Below are positions 57,254 through 64,000 of a DNA stretch of 64,000 nt, in pieces. Source of the DNA: an uncultured delta proteobacterium (GTDB lineage Bacteria; Myxococcota; Myxococcia; Myxococcales; Myxococcaceae); contig CAWCKH010000004.1 of the NCBI GenBank assembly GCA_963796055.1, forward strand, positions 3,360,001 through 3,424,000, read 5' to 3'. A model generated the notes under the pieces. The model was not told where the DNA came from. It was given only the letters and a program-made list of their open reading frames with translations, and did not search any database. Within the stretch, counting starts at the first letter, position 1. Each line of letters opens with the position of its first letter. The position numbers and the translations under genes are program-made.

Positions 57254-58930
57254 GTGCAGATCGCCTGTCCCAACTGCCACACCCGCTACGCGCTGGACGA
57301 TCGCCTGGTCCCCACCGGTGGGGCGCCGGTGCAGTGCACGCGCTGCGGCCTGGTGTTCACCGCCCAGCGGGGTGAGGCGCCGGCAGGGCAGGGGCCGCAG
57401 GCCGCGCCCTCGGGAACGCTGCCCTTCGGGAGCGCGGCCCGGACCGCGGGGCCGATCCGCACCGAGGCGTACGGCCAGAGTCCGCCGCCGTCCCCGTCCA
57501 CCCGGGTGTTCGGCGCCGGTCCCGCTGCGGCCCATTCCTCCTCCGCTCCCCCCGGGGGGGGGCGAACGCAGGTCTTCGGGTCGGGCCCGGCCGAAGGAGC
57601 GCGGACCCAGGTGTTCGGCGCGGGGGCAGCCCCGCCATCGCCGCCGGCACCGGCGGGGGCCGCACATCGCACGCAGGTGTTCGGCGGCGCGGCCCCGCAT
57701 GCGTCCGCCAACCGGACCCAGGTCTTCGGTGGCACTCCGGCGCGTCCTCCCGCGCCCTCCGAGCCCCCACCGACGATGCGCACGCAGGTGTTCGGCGGCG
57801 CGGCGGCTCCGGGCGCCGGTGCCCCTGCCGCATCGCCGATGCGAACCGCGGTGTTCGGCGGGGCCGCTGCCGAGCCCGGCCCTCCGGAAGGGCTGGACCT
57901 TCCGCCGATGCCCGAGGACCAGTTCCTCGCCGGCGGGACGCCCTCGCTGGAGCTCCCGGGCACCGGGCCCGAGCCCCTGGGGATCCAGGGCGTCGTCACC
58001 GGGCGGCCCACGCGACTGGACCCGGCGGAGCGGGCGCTCGCCGAGCAGCTTCGGCGGCGCAGGAGCCGCGCCGTCTGGGGGCTGCTCGGGCTGCTGGTGC
58101 TCGGCGGGGTCGTGTACGCCGGGTGGAGCTGGTTCACCGGCCGGTCCGCCGTGCCCGAGTCGGTCCGGGGCGACCGGGACGCGGCCTTCGCACTCCTCCG
58201 GCGCGACGACCCGCAGTCGCGGGCGGCCGCGCTCAAGGTGCTCGACGCCCTCGTCGTCCGGTACCCGCAGTGGGTGGGAGCCCGGGCGACGCAGACCGTG
58301 GCGCAGACGCTGGAGCTCGACGACCAGCGGGCGCTGCTCCGCCGGAGCCTCTCGGAGGCCGAGGCGCTGAAGACGCAGCTCGCCCGCTTCGAGGCGGAGA
58401 AGACGCCCGCGGACTGGAGGGTCCAGGCCGATGCGGTCCGGGTGCGGCTGGATCAGCTCAGGAAGCAGACCGACCCGATGGTGGACGGGGTGAACGCGCT
58501 GGAGGCCAGGCTGACCGCCAGCCGCGATGCGCTCAACCGGCTGCCGCCGGGAACCGCGGACGACGAGCGGGCACGGCTGCGCGCCGACGCCTTGTTCGCC
58601 GGGGTCGCGGGTCGGGCCGAGCGGGCCATCTCCGACGCCGAGCACTACCGACAGCTCGGCGGAAAGGACGGCTGGGGCGAGGTGGCCTACGCCGAGTACG
58701 TGCTCAGCGCCAAGAACGCGCCCCCCGACAGCGTGGAGCAGGCGGTGAAGTCGATGAGCGAGGTCATGGCCCACGACTCGACCTTCATCCGCCCCTACGT
58801 GCTGGCCGGGCGGTTGCTCCTCGTCCTCCGCCGCAAGGACGAGGCGCTGTCCAAGCTCGATGCGGCGGTGGCGCTGAACCCGAGGCACGTGCTCGCCCAG
58901 GCGCTCATCGACCAGGAGCGGGCCAAGTAA
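57254..58930 (+). CDS. MJ0042-type zinc-ribbon membrane protein with RTQVFG repeats and a C-terminal coiled-coil/TPR region
   Basis: CPNC..Y.L.D..VP...VQCTRC; repeat-bearing Pro/Ala linker; TM helix; TPR-like end. Confidence 0.85.
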   Translation: MQIACPNCHTRYALDDRLVPTGGAPVQCTRCGLVFTAQRGEAPAGQGPQAAPSGTLPFGSAARTAGPIRTEAYGQSPPPSPSTRVFGAGPAAAHSSSAPPGGGRTQVFGSGPAEGARTQVFGAGAAPPSPPAPAGAAHRTQVFGGAAPHASANRTQVFGGTPARPPAPSEPPPTMRTQVFGGAAAPGAGAPAASPMRTAVFGGAAAEPGPPEGLDLPPMPEDQFLAGGTPSLELPGTGPEPLGIQGVVTGRPTRLDPAERALAEQLRRRRSRAVWGLLGLLVLGGVVYAGWSWFTGRSAVPESVRGDRDAAFALLRRDDPQSRAAALKVLDALVVRYPQWVGARATQTVAQTLELDDQRALLRRSLSEAEALKTQLARFEAEKTPADWRVQADAVRVRLDQLRKQTDPMVDGVNALEARLTASRDALNRLPPGTADDERARLRADALFAGVAGRAERAISDAEHYRQLGGKDGWGEVAYAEYVLSAKNAPPDSVEQAVKSMSEVMAHDSTFIRPYVLAGRLLLVLRRKDEALSKLDAAVALNPRHVLAQALIDQERAK

Positions 58931-58989
58931 TCGTTACAGCCGCCGCCCGGCGGGATGGCGCATCTGCCCGGAACTCCTGTCCAGCCCCG

Positions 58990-59005
58990 GGGCATGGGCG
59001 TTGCT
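58990..59005 (+). promoter_or_regulatory. Sigma-54-like promoter of the GT2 gene
   Basis: GGGCATG-GGCG-TTGCT with correct GG-N10-GC spacing, 30 nt before ATG 59036. Confidence 0.5.
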
Positions 59006-59035
59006 GCCGCCCCCCTGGTGCCCGGGAGGGCGTGG

Positions 59036-60178
59036 ATGGCGACGGTGGCGTTCTGGGCGGCGGCGGTGCTGCTGGCACAGACCTATTTCCTGTACCCGTT
59101 GTGGCTGCTGCTCCTGGCGCGGGTGAGACCCGGGCGCCAGCTCTCACCTCCCGAGCCGCCGGTCTGGCCGATGGTGTCGCTGGTGGTGGCCGCTCACGAC
59201 GAGGCGGGGTGCATCGGCGAGAAGCTGCAGAACAGCCTGGCGCTCGACTACCCGCCGGATCGGCTCGAGGTGCTCATCGGATCCGATGGCAGCACCGACG
59301 GAACGGACGCCACCGTCCGGGCGTACCCGGACCCGCGGGTGCGCCTGTCGCCGGCGGACCGGGCGGGGAAGACCAGCGTCCTGAACCGGTGCATCCCGGC
59401 GGCCCGCGGCGAGGTGGTGGTGCTCTCGGATGCCAACACCCGCATCGACCCGGGCGCGCTCCGGGCGCTGGTCCGCCACTTCGACGATCCCGAGGTGGGC
59501 GCGGTGTGTGGGCGGCTGCAGCTCTACAACCCGACCCGTGCCGAGTACGAGGAGAGCGCGTACTGGAAGTACGAATCCTGGCTGAAGGCGCTGGAGGGGA
59601 CGCAGGGCGCCGTGGTCGGTGCCAACGGCGGGCTCTACGCCCTCCGCCGCTCGCTCTACACCCGGCTGCCGCCGTCGACCATCGTGGACGACTTCGTCAT
59701 TCCTCTCCGGCTGCTCGACCAGGGGTACCGGGTGCTCTACGAGCCGGCCGCGCTGGCGTCCGAGGAGACCACGGAGGACTACGGTCGCGAGTTCGGGCGC
59801 AAGGCGCGCATCGCGGCGGGGAACTTCCAGAGCCTGGGGCTGGTGCCGGGGCTGCTCTCGCCGTTCCGCGGGTTCCCGGCGTTCGCCTTCTGGTCCCACA
59901 AGATCCTGCGCTGGTGCGCGCCGGCGTTCATGCTGGTGGCGCTGGCGGCGAACGTGGCGCTGCTGGACCGGCCGTTCTACCGGTTCACCCTGGCTGCGCA
60001 GATCGGCTTCTACGCTCTCGCGGCGCTGGGCAGCCTGGCCGTCGGACCGTCCCTGGTGGGCCGGGTCGCGAGCGCCGCCTACTACTTCGTGACGATGAAC
60101 CTCGCCATCGTGGTCGGCTTCTGGCGATTCCTGCGACAGTCGCAGGGAGCCGCGTGGGAGCGAACTGCCCGCGCCTGA
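59036..60178 (+). CDS. Glycosyltransferase family 2 (CESA-like)
   Basis: LDYP, SDGSTDGT, GK..LN, SDAN, GANGGLYA, DDF, C-terminal TMs; GGAGGG RBS. Confidence 0.9.
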   Translation: MATVAFWAAAVLLAQTYFLYPLWLLLLARVRPGRQLSPPEPPVWPMVSLVVAAHDEAGCIGEKLQNSLALDYPPDRLEVLIGSDGSTDGTDATVRAYPDPRVRLSPADRAGKTSVLNRCIPAARGEVVVLSDANTRIDPGALRALVRHFDDPEVGAVCGRLQLYNPTRAEYEESAYWKYESWLKALEGTQGAVVGANGGLYALRRSLYTRLPPSTIVDDFVIPLRLLDQGYRVLYEPAALASEETTEDYGREFGRKARIAAGNFQSLGLVPGLLSPFRGFPAFAFWSHKILRWCAPAFMLVALAANVALLDRPFYRFTLAAQIGFYALAALGSLAVGPSLVGRVASAAYYFVTMNLAIVVGFWRFLRQSQGAAWERTARA

Positions 60179-60229
60179 GGGGGCATCCATGAGGTGGGGA
60201 CTGGCGCTGGTGAGCGCCTGCGCCCTGAG

Positions 60230-60946
60230 TCAGATGTCTCCGCCCTGCGGCTGGGGCGAGAGGACCGGGAGCGGCGAGCGGACACCCTCGGGCGCGGGCG
60301 GAAGCACGGCTCCGAAGACGGCGAAGAGCTGGCCGGTGAGCACCGCCCTGCCCGTGCCCGAGGAGCCCCGGATCCAGTCGTTGAGCACGCGGCCGGAGCC
60401 GGGGTCGCTGCGCAGCCCGGGTCGCTCGAGGTTCATCCGGTAGCGCATCACGCCGCGGCGGACCCGGTGGATGATGGAGACGGTCCCGTCGGCGTCGACG
60501 CTCTCCACCAGCGCGATGTGGGTCAGGCCGTCGTCGAGCTTGCCGTCGTGGTCCCGGTCGTAGGTGTCGTGGAAGAAGACCAGGTCGCCGGGGTCCGGCT
60601 GGCCGGTACGGAAGAGTCGTCCTCGCGCCGAGGTCCACCGCCACACCGCCGTGACGCCATTGTCGCCGGGGCGGGCGGAGCCGGTGAGCGGCACTCCGAC
60701 GCTGGCGTACACCCCGAGGACCAGGCCGCTGCAGTCGTCCGGGAAGTGCTGGCCGGGCCACTGCACCGAGGTCCGCCCGAGGAGGCGGCGGGCGGTGGCC
60801 ACCACGCGCCACCGGGTCTCGACACTGGCCGCCGGGTCCCCCTGGACCGAGGGCTCCTGGGCGACGGGGGTCGGGGGAACACCGGAGCGGGTGGTGGCGC
60901 ACGCAGCGCACACGAGGAGAGCCCAGGCGGCGAGAAGGCGGGACAC
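60230..60946 (-). CDS. NlpC/P60-CHAP family lipoprotein
   Basis: LVCAAC lipobox, DDCSGLV, PGDLVFF..TYD, THIALV. Confidence 0.82.
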   Translation of the reverse strand: MSRLLAAWALLVCAACATTRSGVPPTPVAQEPSVQGDPAASVETRWRVVATARRLLGRTSVQWPGQHFPDDCSGLVLGVYASVGVPLTGSARPGDNGVTAVWRWTSARGRLFRTGQPDPGDLVFFHDTYDRDHDGKLDDGLTHIALVESVDADGTVSIIHRVRRGVMRYRMNLERPGLRSDPGSGRVLNDWIRGSSGTGRAVLTGQLFAVFGAVLPPAPEGVRSPLPVLSPQPQGGDI

Positions 60947-61051
60947 GGCAGCGCCGCATCGTGACCTCGGCCGGACGGCCGTCAAGAAACCCCCCGGGGG
61001 CGGAGTGTTGGAGGGTGACGGCCTCCCGCGTAAAGTCGAGGGCTCGACCCC

Positions 61052-62659
61052 ATGTCCGAGAAGCCGCGCATCGTCGGGATCGACCTCGGGACCACCAACA
61101 CCCTGGTGGCCTCGGTGCGGAACCGCATCCCCAAGGTGGTTCCCACGGACCGGGGGAATCTGGTGCTCCCGTCGGTGGTGGCGCTCAGCGACAAGGGCGA
61201 CCTCCTGGTCGGCAAGATGGCCAAGGACCAGATGGTGGTGAACCCCAAGAACACCATCTACGGGACCAAGCGGCTCATCGGGCGGCAGTACGCGAGCCGG
61301 GTGGTGCAGGAGCTCAAGGAGTACTTCACCTACCAGATCCTCGAGGGCAACAAGGGCGACGTGGCGGTGAACCTGGGCGGGAGCACCTACTCGCTGGAGC
61401 AGATCGGCGCGTTCATCCTCGGCCACGCCAAGCGCATCTCCGAGCAGTTCCTCGGCGGCCCCTGCCCCGAGGCGGTCATCTCGGTGCCCGCCTACTACAA
61501 CGACCTGCAGCGGGCGGCGGTGAAGGAGGCCGGGCGGATGGCGGGCTTCGAGGTGAAGCGCATCGTCAACGAGCCCACCGCGGCGGCCCTGGCCTACGGC
61601 TTCAACCGCGGGCTGGATCAGAACGTCCTGGTCTACGACCTGGGCGGCGGCACGTTCGACGTCTCGGTGCTGCAGATCACCGGCAACGTGTTCGAGGTGC
61701 AGGCCACCGGCGGGGACACCTTCCTCGGGGGCGTGGACTTCGACAACCGGATCATCGACTACGTGCTGGAGACGTTCCAGCAGCAGACCCGGGTGGACCT
61801 GAGCCAGAGCCCCATCGCCATGCAGCGGATCAAGAACGCTGCTGAGGCGGCGAAGATCGACCTGACGCTCATCCCCAACGTGGTGATCGAGCTGCCGTAC
61901 ATCGAGGAGCGGAAGGGCAAGCCGCTGGACCTGCGCATCCCCCTGTCGCGCGAGCAGCTGAACGCGCTGACCCGGGACCTGGTGGACCGGACCTTCGACC
62001 TCTGCGACCGCGTCCTCTCGGACAAGGGCATCTCCAAGTCGAGCATCGACGAGATCATCCTGGTGGGCGGCCAGTCGCGCATGCCGCTGGTGCAGCAGGA
62101 GATCACCCGGCACTTCGGGAAGCCGCCGCGCAAGGGTGTGCACCCGGACGAGTCGGTGGCGCTGGGGGCGGCGCTGCTGGCCGAGTCGCTGGGGAACATC
62201 GACGCGGTCACCCTGCTCGATGCGCTGTCGATGCCGATCGGCTTCGCGATGGCCAACGGCAAGTTCCGGAAGATCATCGACAAGAACTCGGTGATTCCCC
62301 TGACCACCAGCTTCCGGCTGCCGGGGCCCAGGGAGGACAGCCCGGTCATCGAGCTGGACATCTTCCAGGGCGACTCGGAGTTCATCGTGGACAACGAGTA
62401 CCTGGGAACGGTGAAGGTACCGGCCTCGGCGGCGGGGCGGCGGATCGACTTCCGGCTGAACGAGGAGTGTCTGCTGGAAGTGGTGGTGGAGCTGAGCACC
62501 GGCCCGCGGCACGTGGCGCTGGCCACCCGGGACACGCCGGACACCTTGAAGCGGCTGCTGGCCGAGGAGAAGGCCGCGCGGGCGCGCCCGGTGGGTGCCA
62601 CGGCGCAGACCGACAGCGGGCTCTTCCGGAGCATTCGCCGGATCCTCGGGCGCGACTGA
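61052..62659 (+). CDS. stkA: Hsp70/DnaK-like protein with a truncated substrate-binding region (StkA-like)
   Basis: [46 protein letters not shown]; 535 aa; followed by an SCP2 gene as in the M. xanthus stk locus. Confidence 0.75.
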   Translation: MSEKPRIVGIDLGTTNTLVASVRNRIPKVVPTDRGNLVLPSVVALSDKGDLLVGKMAKDQMVVNPKNTIYGTKRLIGRQYASRVVQELKEYFTYQILEGNKGDVAVNLGGSTYSLEQIGAFILGHAKRISEQFLGGPCPEAVISVPAYYNDLQRAAVKEAGRMAGFEVKRIVNEPTAAALAYGFNRGLDQNVLVYDLGGGTFDVSVLQITGNVFEVQATGGDTFLGGVDFDNRIIDYVLETFQQQTRVDLSQSPIAMQRIKNAAEAAKIDLTLIPNVVIELPYIEERKGKPLDLRIPLSREQLNALTRDLVDRTFDLCDRVLSDKGISKSSIDEIILVGGQSRMPLVQQEITRHFGKPPRKGVHPDESVALGAALLAESLGNIDAVTLLDALSMPIGFAMANGKFRKIIDKNSVIPLTTSFRLPGPREDSPVIELDIFQGDSEFIVDNEYLGTVKVPASAAGRRIDFRLNEECLLEVVVELSTGPRHVALATRDTPDTLKRLLAEEKAARARPVGATAQTDSGLFRSIRRILGRD

Positions 62660-62674
62660 GGTAGAGGAGGGCCA

Positions 62675-63097
62675 ATGCCGGTCTTCCCCTCCCGCGGCTG
62701 GGCCGAGGCGGCCATGGCGCTGGTGAACGCCGATCCGGAGAGCGTGGCGGCGGGCCGGGGCTGGACCGGCGACTTCGGGCTGGTGATCGAGGCCGAGCCG
62801 GGCAAGCTGGACACGCACTTCGTGGCCTGGGTGCGGCCGGACGCGGGGCGCATCGCCGAGCTGCGCGTGCTGGTGGACCCCGACGACCTGGACGAGTTCG
62901 AGCCCGCGTACCGGATCCGCGCTCCGTACTCGGTGTGGAAGGGGATGCTGGTCGGCGAGGTGGACCCGGTGGAGGCGATCCTCGAGCGGAGGCTCCGGGT
63001 GGACGGCGACGTGCAGCCGATCCTGGAGCGGATGCGCTACAAGGACATCGCGAGCCGGGTGCTCGCCAGGCTGGAGACCCGGTTCATCGACGAGTGA
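62675..63097 (+). CDS. stkB: SCP2 sterol-carrier-like protein (StkB-like)
   Basis: FPSRGWAEA, YSVWK...G.VDPV.A...RLRVDGD; GAGGAGG RBS. Confidence 0.7.
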   Translation: MPVFPSRGWAEAAMALVNADPESVAAGRGWTGDFGLVIEAEPGKLDTHFVAWVRPDAGRIAELRVLVDPDDLDEFEPAYRIRAPYSVWKGMLVGEVDPVEAILERRLRVDGDVQPILERMRYKDIASRVLARLETRFIDE

Positions 63098-63105
63098 GGG
63101 GCGGC

Positions 63106-63399
63106 ATGGGCGGCAAGCGGAGCCTGCGCGCGCGGGCGCTGGGGATGTCCCAGAAGGCGTTCGAGCGGCTGATGGCCGACGAGCAGCGGGCCCAGTGGGT
63201 GGCCCAGGCGCTGGGGCGGATGCAACGCGGGAAGAGGGCGCTGGACCGTGGCCAGGAGGAGCTGATGCACGCGCTCCAGCTGGCGGCGAAGAGCGACTTC
63301 GGGAAGATGGGGAAGCAGCTCTCGGCGCTGAAGCGGCGGACCCGCGAGTTCGAGGAGCGGGTGGACCGGATGGTGAAGCCGCCCCTCGCCGGTGATTGA
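63106..63399 (+). CDS. stkC: Small coiled-coil protein (StkC-like)
   Basis: Helical 97-aa ORF directly after stkB; name from position only. Confidence 0.55.
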   Translation: MGGKRSLRARALGMSQKAFERLMADEQRAQWVAQALGRMQRGKRALDRGQEELMHALQLAAKSDFGKMGKQLSALKRRTREFEERVDRMVKPPLAGD

Positions 63400-63442
63400 C
63401 AGGCGAGGTCGGGGTCTGGCACGTATGCCCGCCTTGCAGTCC

Positions 63443-63514
63443 GGGCGTATAGCTCAGCGGTAGAGCACTGCCTTCACACGGCAGGGGTCGCAGGTTCAAA
63501 CCCTGCTGCGCCCA
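63443..63514 (+). tRNA. tRNA-Val(CAC), CCA not encoded
   Basis: Cloverleaf: GGGCGTA/TGCGCCC acceptor, AGCTCAGCGGTAGAGC D arm, CTGCC-TTCACAC-GGCAG anticodon arm, GGTTCAAACC T arm; TTGACA at 63396-63401. Confidence 0.96.
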
Positions 63515-64000
63515 ATGAGTTAGAAGGGCAGAGGGGTCCAGGGGTAACAGTGGGGGTAACAGCCGTTCGTCCAGCCTAGGTGACGTAGTTAGCTCGCACA
63601 CACCGCGCAATGGTTAGGCTAGGAGCCCCTGGTCTTGGGACTTCTAGGTCCCGTCGTCGGTTGTCCGGGGAGCCCGCCATGGCAGACGAGACGAGTTCTG
63701 CGTACCGAGTTCAAACCCTCCCCAACGAGGATGGCATCCGCCAGCCAGTCACGTACGCCAACACCTCGCTCATCGTGGGCGACCAGGTTGGTCTCACGGT
63801 CTACTTCTTCTCGGCTCCCGCCGATTCGAACAACCTCCCTGAGAGTGTTCAGGCACTCAAGGCGAAGACACCGGACGGCATCCCGACCGTGACGGTGAAG
63901 CTCGCTCCGGTCGCGAAGCTCTTCATCCCGCATGAGCACGGCAGGACCTTGCTCCAAGCGCTCGCGGAGAACGTCGCGCTTTGGGAGAAGGTACGGCAAG
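63515..64000. mobile_element. Probable start of a tRNA-integrated element (att flank)
   Basis: GGGGTAACAG direct repeat (63541-63550, 63553-63562) just after the tRNA; visibly lower GC; integrase not within the window. Confidence 0.5.
63679..64000 (+). CDS. DUF3467-like protein (3'-partial; absent from the ORF track)
   Basis: GGGGAG then ATG 63679; open to the window end: MADETSS..VTYANTSLIV..VYFF..PVAKLFIPHEHGRTLLQALAENVALWEK. Confidence 0.6.
   Translation, partial: MADETSSAYRVQTLPNEDGIRQPVTYANTSLIVGDQVGLTVYFFSAPADSNNLPESVQALKAKTPDGIPTVTVKLAPVAKLFIPHEHGRTLLQALAENVALWEKVRQ

Noticed and set aside
60230..63610. 1126-aa minus-strand ORF
   Set aside because: Mostly antisense to stkABC and the tRNA; only 60230-60946 encodes a credible protein
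63619..63999. 126-aa minus-strand ORF at the window end
   Set aside because: Shadow of the better plus-strand ORF starting at 63679

Overview
A very GC-rich chromosomal segment from a myxobacterium (Myxococcaceae-like), mostly core genome whose gene order resembles the Myxococcus romX-sigB-nfs-typA-carB-recG and hutH-lysC-stkABC regions. It contains romX/rluD, a degenerate HD-GYP and HEAT gene pair, an OPT transporter, a sigma-32-family factor (SigB-like) with a consensus sigma-54 promoter, a MoxR-DUF58-transglutaminase operon and a lytic transglycosylase. These are followed by an orphan rplC, a seven-gene glt/nfs-type envelope operon (nfsA-G, no nfsH), typA, an EspA-like FHA-PAS-HK-REC kinase, housekeeping genes, a 1657-aa TPR protein, hutH, lysC, stkABC and tRNA-Val(CAC), after which a probable integrated element begins. 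The most informative accessory feature is a complete 1.5-kb IS1111-type (IS110 family) element. Its ends, target, circle-junction promoter and a structured seek/bridge RNA with guides matching its own insertion site can be read from the sequence. Other oddities are three single-base frameshifts that all lie at or beside GATC motifs, a cluster of GGTT...AACC palindromic motifs between convergent genes, T-x-x-F repeats in a zinc-ribbon membrane protein, two deletion-scarred gene remnants, and an ORF missed by the supplied track at the right edge. Gene symbols taken from M. xanthus rest on recalled sequence and synteny, not on a database search.
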